Part shown: one piece after another, positions 8,614-16,477 of the stretch
Layout of the letters: each line of letters starts with the position of its first letter
How positions within the stretch are numbered: the stretch's first letter is position 1
The notes under the pieces: generated by a model
Seen by the model: the letters and a program-made list of their open reading frames with translations, nothing else
Databases searched by the model: none
What the model was told of the DNA's origin: nothing
Made by a program: the position numbers and the translations under genes
From: Deltaproteobacteria bacterium
GTDB taxonomy: Bacteria; Myxococcota_A; UBA9160; SMWR01
NCBI GenBank assembly: GCA_032128115.1
Contig: JAQBHB010000028.1
Coordinates: 1 to 18,790, forward strand
Length of the DNA: 18,790 nucleotides
Reading direction: 5' to 3'

Positions 8614-9954
8614 CTAGTTCAGGACCTCGCTGAGGACGGTGCCCATGGCATCGGTCTCCGAGTCCTTGAGCGATTCCACCGACGGCAGTTTTGCCACGAG
8701 CTTCTCGAGCTCCGCCGCGGTTTCCGGCGTGAGTTCGTCGAATCTGAGCACCATGCCGCGCCCCTCGTTCTCTCGGAATGCCGTGGCCCAGACCAGGAAC
8801 GGCTCCCTGGCATCGCCGTAGATGGCCAGGTGCATGCGATCCCCGATCTCGAGCCCGGGCGAGGTCGTGACCCGCATGCCGCTGGCGGAGAGGTCGCGGC
8901 CCACCAGCACTCGCAGGGCGCGATCCCCGAACGCGGGAATCTTGCGGTCGTAGGACACCCGCGGACCCTGTCGCCGCTCGGGAGCCGACTCGGGCGAGAA
9001 CTCCTCGAGGTCCGTATCGTCTGATTCGTCGCTCGTGTCCAGGCGCACGTCCACCGGAACCTCCAGGCTGAGGGTCTCATCGTCTTCTTCGAACTCGAGC
9101 GGCGGAAACCCGGTGTCGACGTCGTCGGATGCGGGTTTGCTCGGGGAAGCCCGCTCGACTCGCGGATCGTCGGGGCGGATCCTGACGCGTTCCGCCTGCG
9201 GGACGGCCGATGGCAGCGACGGCTGCAGCTTGGAATCGTCGCGGGACTCGCAGCGCAGGCTCGGCGGTCCCTTGGCGCGCTCTTCGAGCAGCCACTCCAG
9301 CTCGTGGCGGGCGTCCGGCTCCAGATCCTCGAAGACCACCGCCGTGCGGTAGAGGCCTTCGGAGCCCAGCTTCGAATCGAAGGTGGTGCGGGCGATCCGG
9401 CCGCGCAGGGCCAGGTGCTCGGATGCTCCCAGCGACTGGGGAATCTCCAGCTTGATGCGCTTGCCCGGCTCCAGGGCATAGCGCGAGAGCAACCGGCAGC
9501 CAGCCACCGACAAATCGGCCAGGGTCGCGCGTCGCGGGAGCAGCCCCGATCGGAACGAGATCTCGAATCCCACCGGAACCCGGGTCTCACTGCGACGCTC
9601 CTCGCCCCTGTACAGGCAGTGCAGCAGCAGCAGGCGCAGGGCCTCCGGATGCACCGGCCGCCGGACCAGATAGTCGAAGTCGCTGCTCCGCAGCTTCTCG
9701 CGCAGGGTATTCGAGTCTTCGTCCAACACCACGATCCGCAGTGGGCCGCCCCGGTGCGAGGATTTCCCCTGCACCGCATCCACCCGTCGCGCGGTGGCGA
9801 TCAGCAGCGTGCTGGGAGCGGGTGTGCTGGGCGCAATGGCGCCGCCGCGCACCCGGGCAAACGGGGTGTCGAGCAGCTCCAGGGTCCGCTGGACGTCGTC
9901 CAGCTCCCCGTCGTCGAGTATCAGAACTACGGGCGGATCACCCATGGAACTCAC
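8614..9954 (-). CDS. Tandem PilZ-domain protein with N-terminal receiver-like region (start may be ATG 9945)
   Basis: Two RxxxR / DxSxxG pairs: ERRSETR...DLSVAG and ERRQGPR...DLSASG. The N-terminus has VLILDD...DYLVRRP, and an acidic linker separates the PilZ domains. Confidence 0.88.
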   Translation of the reverse strand: MSSMGDPPVVLILDDGELDDVQRTLELLDTPFARVRGGAIAPSTPAPSTLLIATARRVDAVQGKSSHRGGPLRIVVLDEDSNTLREKLRSSDFDYLVRRPVHPEALRLLLLHCLYRGEERRSETRVPVGFEISFRSGLLPRRATLADLSVAGCRLLSRYALEPGKRIKLEIPQSLGASEHLALRGRIARTTFDSKLGSEGLYRTAVVFEDLEPDARHELEWLLEERAKGPPSLRCESRDDSKLQPSLPSAVPQAERVRIRPDDPRVERASPSKPASDDVDTGFPPLEFEEDDETLSLEVPVDVRLDTSDESDDTDLEEFSPESAPERRQGPRVSYDRKIPAFGDRALRVLVGRDLSASGMRVTTSPGLEIGDRMHLAIYGDAREPFLVWATAFRENEGRGMVLRFDELTPETAAELEKLVAKLPSVESLKDSETDAMGTVLSEVLN

Positions 9955-9984
9955 GCTTCGCCTGGGCGGAACTTCCCAGACTCC

Positions 9985-10752
9985 CTACGGGTCGTCCGTT
10001 CCGGGGGGCGGCTGAAGGCTCTTTCCCGTGAGTCGGCCCGCGGTGGACCACACCCTCGCGAGGCAGCCTCCCGATACAATCAGGCCCGCGACCACGGCAA
10101 CGGCCGGCGACAGCGGCAACTCGGGTGCAAGTGCGCCCAGAGCGACCCCCGCCAGGTTGTTCACCAGGTGGCAGACGATGGCCGCTCGCACACTCCCGGC
10201 CAGCCAGGCGGCGACCCCCAGGTAGAGGCCCAACCCGGCCGCGAAGATTCCGTGGATGGCCTCCGCATGCAGCACGCCGAAGGCCACGGCCGCGCTGACG
10301 ATGGCCACCGGGGCCCCCAGGCGCCGCGTCAGGCCCTGCTGGATCAGACCCCGGCACAGAAGCTCTTCGGCGAAGCCCGGGGCCACGGCAAAGCCCAGGA
10401 ACGCCAGGGCCAACGAGGGACCTCGCAGGCCCTGGAGCTGCCGGTCGAGTTCGGCGAGCTGGCTATGGCGGGCCAGGTCGGTCCAGTCGAGCACGCCGTC
10501 CAGGGCCACGCTCGCACCCAGCATACCCAGGACCAGCAGGCCCAACTGGGGACCCGAGATGCGGCTCGGGCCCAGATCCAGGCGCCGCACCCAGGAGGAG
10601 TCCGAAAAGCCGGCCCCCAGAACCGCCACCGATGCGATCAGGATCTCCAGGCCCAGGGTGCCCAGAGCCATGCTGTTGGCGGGGCTCTCCATTCGGGCCG
10701 CCAGGGCCCAGATTCCCAGACCCACGGCTGCCACCGGCAGCGCGACCGACAT
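9985..10752 (-). CDS. CPBP (Abi/CAAX) intramembrane glutamic endopeptidase (start uncertain, up to 10818)
   Basis: Motifs EELLCRG, FGVLH and HLVNN, with multiple TM helices. Confidence 0.88.
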   Translation of the reverse strand: MSVALPVAAVGLGIWALAARMESPANSMALGTLGLEILIASVAVLGAGFSDSSWVRRLDLGPSRISGPQLGLLVLGMLGASVALDGVLDWTDLARHSQLAELDRQLQGLRGPSLALAFLGFAVAPGFAEELLCRGLIQQGLTRRLGAPVAIVSAAVAFGVLHAEAIHGIFAAGLGLYLGVAAWLAGSVRAAIVCHLVNNLAGVALGALAPELPLSPAVAVVAGLIVSGGCLARVWSTAGRLTGKSLQPPPGTDDP

Positions 10753-10859
10753 CGCGTCGGGGAGTCCGGGCCACCTCACGGTGTGGCAACCGTACAGCGG
10801 AAGCGCCCGGACCCCCACGGTCCAGATCGGGTCGAGAGCCTTGCTGCTACCTTCGGGCC

Positions 10860-11420
10860 GTGTTCGAGTCGAGCCTTGCCCCCTCGCTGCTGGTGGCCAT
10901 GCCGCAGCTGCTCGATCCCAATTTCAAGCGCGCCGTCGTGCTGCTGGTGCAGCACGACGAGAACGGCACCTTCGGCGTCGTCCTGAACCGGCCCACCCCG
11001 ATCCTGGCCCCGAACCTGTGCTCGACTCTCGAGATCGAGTGGTGCGGCTCTCCCGAGGACGGCATCGACTGGGGAGGGCCCGTCGATCCCCAGACCGGCT
11101 GGGTGATCTTCGGCGACCACGACGAGATCGAGGCCGGAGAATCGGTCACCCGTCTGGCGGAAGGGGTGCGCTTCGCGGGCTCGCTGGAGGTGCTGCGCCA
11201 GGTGGCCAGCGCACCCCCGAGAAACCTGCGCCTGCTGCTTGGCTACGCCGGCTGGGGGCCCGGCCAGCTGGAGATGGAGCTCTCCGAGGGCTCGTGGCTG
11301 CTGGCTCCCGTGTCGCCGGATGTGATCTTCCAGGTGTCCGCGGCGGCCATGTGGGAGCACGTGGTGCGCAGCCTGGGCGTCGAGCCCGCCACCCTGGTGG
11401 CGACGCGCGGAGTCCACTGA
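10860..11420 (+). CDS. YqgE/AlgH family protein
   Basis: LLVAMPQLLDPNFKRAVVLL, GVVLNRP, WGGPV and LGYAGWGPGQLEMEL. The GTG start is inferred from family length. Confidence 0.93.
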   Translation: MFESSLAPSLLVAMPQLLDPNFKRAVVLLVQHDENGTFGVVLNRPTPILAPNLCSTLEIEWCGSPEDGIDWGGPVDPQTGWVIFGDHDEIEAGESVTRLAEGVRFAGSLEVLRQVASAPPRNLRLLLGYAGWGPGQLEMELSEGSWLLAPVSPDVIFQVSAAAMWEHVVRSLGVEPATLVATRGVH

Positions 11421-11449
11421 GCCTGAAAGCCGGCTTTGCCGGACCCGCC

Positions 11450-11477
11450 TCAACGGCTCGTGGCGACCTGCCGATGC
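11450..11477 (+). promoter_or_regulatory. Putative sigma28-type promoter of the EAL gene
   Basis: TCAAC-N15-GCCGATGC, with the same spacing as the MCP promoter, ending 7 nt before the ATG. Confidence 0.5.
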
Positions 11478-11484
11478 ACCCGGC

Positions 11485-12762
11485 ATGGACGAGTTCCAGG
11501 CGCCGCCCCACTCGGTGGATTCGGAGCCCTTGAACCGAGCGCTGCCCCGATTCGGGGAGGCGATCGGCGACATCGAGAGGCGCTTCGGGCCCGATGGCAT
11601 CCTCGGACTCGTTCTGATCGACGCGTCCGGCTTCGCCGGCATCGAGCGCTCCTACGGCTACCAGGTGCTGCGATCGGCCATGAACAACCTGGGTGCCCTG
11701 GTCGGCGAGATCGTCAGCGGCCGACTGGGCATCAACGACATGCTGGTCTTCGGCGAAACGGGCCGGGCGGAAATCTTCGTGCTGCTGTTTCGCGAGCCGG
11801 GAGAGGCGGAGTTGTACGAGCGGGAGCTGCCCGACATCTCCCGCGCGCTGCGGGACGGCATCGCGAGCCGCGGGCACCGCCTGGCCTATCCGTATCGCAA
11901 GGGGGCCCCGACCCTGAAGATCGGGGTGAGCGCAACCCTGCGCAATCCGACCCTCGATGCCGAGACCCAGGTGCGCAGCGTGCTCGAGGAGGCACGCCGG
12001 GATTCGAAGCTCAACGAGCGCCTCGACGATCGGCGCCGCCGCCGCGAACTCTTCGACGTGCTCGTCAACCGGCGGGTGCGGGCCGTGTTCGAGCCCATCG
12101 TCGACGTCGCGTCGCGGACGGTCTTCGGTTACGAGGCCCTCTCGCGCGGGCCCGAAGGAACGGACCTGTACTCGGCCCAGGCCCTGTTCGGAACCGCGGA
12201 GGAGCAGGACCTGATGTTCCAGCTGGACTGCCTGTGTCGTCAGATGGCGCTCAAGGGCGCTCGGAATTTCCCGGCGGATTCCAAGCTCTTCTTGAACGTG
12301 CGGCCGACGACCATCCACGACCCCAACTTTCGCGAAGAGCTGCTCGGCCGCACGCTTGCCGAGTGCGGTCTCCAGCCCAGTGACGTGGTCTTCGAGATCT
12401 CCGAGCAGGAGTCGATCGGGAACTACGCGATCTTCCGCGAGGTGCGCGACTACTATCGCAAGCTCGGATTCCAGATCGCCCTGGACGACACGGGTGCGGG
12501 CTACGCCAGCCTGGAGGCCGTGATGGAGCTCTCGCCCGAGTTCATCAAGATCGACGGAGCCTTCATCAAGGGAATCGACGAGGACCCGGCTCGCCAGCAG
12601 CTGGTGAGTGCGCTGCGTACCGTGGCCGAACAGATCAACGCCCAGATGATCGGCGAGGGCCTGGATACCCTGGAAGAGTTGGAGATGCTGGGCAAGCTCG
12701 GCATCAAATTCGGTCAGGGCTGGCTGTTCGGCAAACCGATGCCCCTGCGCCACGACGTCTGA
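11485..12762 (+). CDS. Degenerate GGDEF-like plus EAL domain protein, probable c-di-GMP phosphodiesterase
   Basis: EAL motifs YEALSR, FLNV, FEISE, ALDDTGAGYASL, IKID, GEG and GQGWLFGKP. The GGDEF position reads GRAEI. Confidence 0.9.
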   Translation: MDEFQAPPHSVDSEPLNRALPRFGEAIGDIERRFGPDGILGLVLIDASGFAGIERSYGYQVLRSAMNNLGALVGEIVSGRLGINDMLVFGETGRAEIFVLLFREPGEAELYERELPDISRALRDGIASRGHRLAYPYRKGAPTLKIGVSATLRNPTLDAETQVRSVLEEARRDSKLNERLDDRRRRRELFDVLVNRRVRAVFEPIVDVASRTVFGYEALSRGPEGTDLYSAQALFGTAEEQDLMFQLDCLCRQMALKGARNFPADSKLFLNVRPTTIHDPNFREELLGRTLAECGLQPSDVVFEISEQESIGNYAIFREVRDYYRKLGFQIALDDTGAGYASLEAVMELSPEFIKIDGAFIKGIDEDPARQQLVSALRTVAEQINAQMIGEGLDTLEELEMLGKLGIKFGQGWLFGKPMPLRHDV

Positions 12763-12822
12763 TTCTTCTGAATCCGAACGAAAAGCTTTGACTTTCGAAC
12801 TCGATTGATGCCAAAGTGGGTC

Positions 12823-13521
12823 GTGGCCCGGTTCCGCTACGACCAGTTCTGTCCCCTCGCCTGCGCGGCCGAGATCGTGGGGGAGCGCTGGACGCTCCTG
12901 GTCCTGCGGGAACTCCTGCTCGGCCCCCAGCGCTTCAGCGACCTGACGCGCCGTCTTCCCGGATTGAGTCCCAGCATCCTCGCCGAGCGCCTGGAGCGTC
13001 TCGAGGAGCGGAGGATCGTCGGGCGTCAATCGACGGCGCCGCCCACCCCGGCCGCATTGTATGCGCTGACCCCCCTGGGGCGCGCTTTCGAGCCGGCACT
13101 CGTGGAGTTGGCCCGCTGGGGCTTCCACTTCCTCTTCACCCGGCGCCCGGATGATCACATGGAGTCCGACTGGGTGCGTCTGGGCCTCGTCGCCTTCGCG
13201 CGGCGCGGACCCACGCCGCCCTACTCCTACGCGATCCAGATCCCCGACGACCTGTGCGACGTGGCGTTCCGGGTGGAAGGCGGCCCCGAGGGCACCGCCG
13301 TGGTGCCCGGCGACGCGCCCGCCGACGCCTCGATCCGCGCGCCGGCGCCGGTCGTCATGGGGCTCGCCACGGGCTTGCTCGACCCGGACCAGGCGATCGC
13401 GAGCGGCGCGATCCACGCCGGTGGCGATCTCCAGGCGCTTGCTGCCTTTTCTTCGTTGTTCCAGGTACCGGAGCCAATCGACGGTTCCGGCGCCACATCC
13501 CCCAACCCGAAAGGAAACTGA
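12823..13521 (+). CDS. HxlR-family winged-helix regulator with C-terminal SCP2-like domain (start may be 12808)
   Basis: YDQFCPLACAAEIVGERWTLLVLRELLLGPQRFSDL...YALTPLG. The C-terminus has ADASIRA...GAIHAGGD. Confidence 0.88.
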   Translation: MARFRYDQFCPLACAAEIVGERWTLLVLRELLLGPQRFSDLTRRLPGLSPSILAERLERLEERRIVGRQSTAPPTPAALYALTPLGRAFEPALVELARWGFHFLFTRRPDDHMESDWVRLGLVAFARRGPTPPYSYAIQIPDDLCDVAFRVEGGPEGTAVVPGDAPADASIRAPAPVVMGLATGLLDPDQAIASGAIHAGGDLQALAAFSSLFQVPEPIDGSGATSPNPKGN

Positions 13522-13523
13522 TC

Positions 13524-14156
13524 ATGCCTACCCTTCATGGAGTCGGTCTCTCTCCGTTCGTACGCAAGGTGCGTGTCGCTCTCGCTGAAAAAGGAATCGA
13601 ATACGAACACGTACCGCAGGTGCCGTTCGGGCAGCCCGAGGCGTATTTCAAGATCAGCCCGCTGGGCAAGGTCCCGTGCCTGACCGACGGCGACTGGGCG
13701 CTCCCCGACTCGTCGTGCATCATCGCGTATCTCGAGCGCATCCAGCCGGATCCCGCGCTCTATCCGGCCGATCCCAAGGCGTTCGGGCGCGCGCTCTGGT
13801 ACGAAGAGTACGCGGACACGAAGCTCGTGGATGCGGCCACCACCGTGTTCTTCCAGCGCTTCGTGCGTCCCAATTTCTTCAAGCAGGAGCCGGACGAGGA
13901 TCTGGTGAAGGCGTCGCTGGAGGAGAAGCTGCCCCCGATCTTCGACTACCTGGAGAGGGAGCTCGGAGATCGGGACGTCCTGGTGGGATCGCACTTCTCG
14001 ATCGCCGACATCGCCGTTGCGTCTCCCATCGTCAACATGAAGCACGCCAAGGCGGGCGTGGACGCCGGGCGCTGGCCCAATCTCGCCGCCTACATCGAGC
14101 GGGTGCATGCGCGCCCCTCGTTCAAGGGCCTGATCGAAGAGGAGATGTCGGGCTAG
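13524..14156 (+). CDS. Glutathione S-transferase family protein
   Basis: SPFVRKV, SPLGKVPCL, DSSCI and FSIADIA. AAGGA SD present. Confidence 0.93.
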   Translation: MPTLHGVGLSPFVRKVRVALAEKGIEYEHVPQVPFGQPEAYFKISPLGKVPCLTDGDWALPDSSCIIAYLERIQPDPALYPADPKAFGRALWYEEYADTKLVDAATTVFFQRFVRPNFFKQEPDEDLVKASLEEKLPPIFDYLERELGDRDVLVGSHFSIADIAVASPIVNMKHAKAGVDAGRWPNLAAYIERVHARPSFKGLIEEEMSG

Positions 14157-14178
14157 GGCGACTAGGGTTTCCAGCGGT

Positions 14179-15156
14179 ATGAGACGAACCCTGGGAATCA
14201 TTTCGACGGCGGCGATCCTGCTGGCCGGGATCGCCGCCGTATTCGTCTACCAACGCGTCACATCCTTCCGGGTTGAACCCGTGACGGAAGATGTGAGCGT
14301 GATCTTCGATTCGCTGGCGGGCAACGTGGGAATCCTCCGCACCGACCTGGGCGCGGTGGTGGTTGATTCGAAGGCGTTCCGCATGCAGGGCGAGCAGGTG
14401 CGTGAGATCGCGGAGAGACACGGCGGAGGCGCAACCCAGGCGATCTTCAACACCCACTATCACCTGGACCACACCCACGGCAATCTGGGGTTCGCATCCG
14501 GCGCGCGCTTCGTTTCCACACAGCGCACGCGTGACTACCTGCTCCACTTCGACTCGGAATACTGGCAGGGCGACGGCGAGGGCGGTCTCCCCCTCGAAAC
14601 CGTCAACTCCGAACACGAGATGCGGATCGGCGGCAAGACGATCCGGGCCGTACCCGTGGGACCCGGCCACACCGGTGGCGACCTGGTGGTGCTGTTCGTC
14701 GAAGACCGGGTCGTGCACGTGGGCGATCTGTTGTTCAACCAGCTGTATCCGTCGGTGGACGTGGCAGCGGGTGGCTCCGCGCGCCAGTGGGCGAATGCGT
14801 TGGATCGCGTTTTGCAGCTGGACTTCGACAAGGTGATCCCGGGCCACGGCGAGGTGACCGACCGCGACGGCATCCTCGGCTTCCAGCGCTTCCTGAAGGA
14901 GTTGTGGAGCGAGGTGGAGGCCGCCGCCCGGGCAGGGAAGTCGCTGGAGGAGACGCTCGAGAGCGTTCGACTCACCTGGGACCAGGGCTATCAGGTCCGG
15001 ACCATTCCGTTCTACGCCACCCGCGATCGTGACTTCACGATCAGCCAGGTGTGGGGCGAGGCCACGGGAGCCGTGCGACCCCAGTCCGTGCCGCACTCCG
15101 CTGCGCGCGTCGAGCTTGGAAGTCGGCTATTCGCTCCTTTCCCGCCGGGAGGTTGA
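14179..15156 (+). CDS. MBL-fold metallo-hydrolase with N-terminal membrane anchor or signal
   Basis: THYHLDHTHGN (HxHxDH), GHTGGD, GDLL and PGHG. Confidence 0.9.
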   Translation: MRRTLGIISTAAILLAGIAAVFVYQRVTSFRVEPVTEDVSVIFDSLAGNVGILRTDLGAVVVDSKAFRMQGEQVREIAERHGGGATQAIFNTHYHLDHTHGNLGFASGARFVSTQRTRDYLLHFDSEYWQGDGEGGLPLETVNSEHEMRIGGKTIRAVPVGPGHTGGDLVVLFVEDRVVHVGDLLFNQLYPSVDVAAGGSARQWANALDRVLQLDFDKVIPGHGEVTDRDGILGFQRFLKELWSEVEAAARAGKSLEETLESVRLTWDQGYQVRTIPFYATRDRDFTISQVWGEATGAVRPQSVPHSAARVELGSRLFAPFPPGG

Positions 15157-15158
15157 TC

Positions 15159-15929
15159 GTGAAGGATCTGTTTTCCATCGAAGGCAAGGTGGCGCTCGTC
15201 ACCGGCGGTTCCCGGGGAATCGGGCTCATGATCGCCCGCGGCTTCGTCGAGGCGGGGGCGCGCGTCTATGTGTCGTCGCGCAAGGCGGAAGTCTGCGAGA
15301 AGGTGGCGGGAGAACTCTCGAAGCGGGGCACCTGCGTGGCGATTCCGGCCGACCTCGGCAGCGAAGCCGAGGCGAATCGCCTGGCGCAGGAAATCGCCGA
15401 GCGCGAGTCGGGCCTGCACATCCTGGTGAACAACGCGGGCGCCAACTGGGGCGCCCCGCTCGCCGAGTATCCCGACGACGCCTGGGACAAGGTGCTGTCC
15501 CTGAACGTGAAGGCCGTGTTCCACCTGACCCGGGCCCTGGTGCCGCAGCTCGCGCAGGCGGCTCGTCCCGGCGACCCGGCCCGCGTGATCAACATCGGGT
15601 CGATCGACGGCTTGCACGTGCCTCTGCTCGAGACCTATGCCTATTCCACCAGCAAGGCGGCCGTGCACCACCTGACCCGGGTGCTGGCGAAGCAGCTCGC
15701 GACCCGGGGCATCACGGTGAACGCCGTGGCTCCGGGTCCTTTCGAGAGCAAGATGATGGCCGTGACCCTGGATCGCTTCAGGGATGCCATCGTGGCATCG
15801 TGCCCCCTGGGCCGCATCGGGGAGCCCGAGGACATGGCCGGAGTGGCGATCTATCTGTCTTCGCGCGCCGGTGCCTACGTCACTGGTGCCGTGATTCCGG
15901 TGGACGGCGGAATCGCCACCACGATCTGA
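15159..15929 (+). CDS. Short-chain dehydrogenase/reductase
   Basis: TGGSRGIG, NNAG, YSTSK and VNAVAPG. GGAGG precedes the GTG at 15159. Confidence 0.94.
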   Translation: MKDLFSIEGKVALVTGGSRGIGLMIARGFVEAGARVYVSSRKAEVCEKVAGELSKRGTCVAIPADLGSEAEANRLAQEIAERESGLHILVNNAGANWGAPLAEYPDDAWDKVLSLNVKAVFHLTRALVPQLAQAARPGDPARVINIGSIDGLHVPLLETYAYSTSKAAVHHLTRVLAKQLATRGITVNAVAPGPFESKMMAVTLDRFRDAIVASCPLGRIGEPEDMAGVAIYLSSRAGAYVTGAVIPVDGGIATTI

Positions 15930-15982
15930 TCCGCCCCTCGGGAGAACTGCAGTCGCATGGAAACTTCAATCGGGGAGGTCAC

Positions 15983-16029
15983 GTGAAGGTACGAGCCGCG
16001 ATTGCCTGGTTCGGCTGGCTGGCGTGCTC
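15983..16029 (+). pseudogene. Truncated 5' end of a probable Zn-dependent (class III-like) alcohol dehydrogenase
   Basis: GGAGG SD, then GTG giving MKVRAAIAW, which resembles the MKxRAA(V/I)A(W/F) start of AdhC/FrmA-type enzymes. Similarity is lost just before the IS end, so there are only 9 codons of support. Confidence 0.5.
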
Positions 16030-16209
16030 TGACTTTGACGGAGGGAGAAAACTGGACTTCGCTGCCACCATCGTGAGAGGAGGACGAGATGGCACGAAGG
16101 GGCTACCCGCCGGAGTTTCGGCGACGCGTAGTGGAGCTGGTTGAAGGCGGTCGGAAGGTCTCCGAGGTCGCTACAGAGCTCGAGGTGAGCGATCAAACAA
16201 TCTACACCT
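16030..16209 (+). mobile_element. IS3-family left-end remnant with truncated OrfA
   Basis: GGAGG then ATG 16089 gives MARRGYPPEFRRRVVELVEGGRKVSEVATELEVSDQTIYT, an OrfA HTH cut just before the usual Trp. The putative left IR starts TGACTTTGACGG. Confidence 0.75.
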
Positions 16210-16427
16210 TCAATTACTTCGCTATCAGCGGCAACTTCATCAGATTTCTGTTGGTCATCGCGTGGTGCCGCGATCTCGCGCAGCGCGGTCACGGCCTCTT
16301 TGTTGGGGCTCCGGACGACGGGCCGCGCGCGGCGCTTGAGCTGCTTCGTGCGCATCGCCGCCACCCGAACCAGCTCAAAGCGGTTCGGGATCCGCCGCGT
16401 GCAGTCTTCTACCGTGATGCGTGCCAT
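16210..16427 (-). pseudogene. rpoZ: RNA polymerase omega subunit homologue lacking a normal 3' end
   Basis: MARITVEDC...NRFELVRVAAMRTKQL...NKEAVTALREIAA. There is no in-frame stop until 15966, so it reads through the antisense IS remnant. Confidence 0.75.
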
Positions 16428-16477
16428 GGCGTCTGGATGGGTCCGCCCCAACCTCAGTGCCAAGGCACGGCGCGGAC

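Noticed and set aside
462..13416. Long alternative-frame ORFs (462-2543, 2820-4709, 4781-6010, 9304-10986, 11146-13416)
   Set aside because: They are shadows of well-supported genes in high-GC DNA and carry no family motifs.
14179..15156. Metallo-beta-lactamase resistance gene
   Set aside because: HxHxDH with a GDL Asp ligand is generic to the MBL fold and gives no support for a true beta-lactamase.
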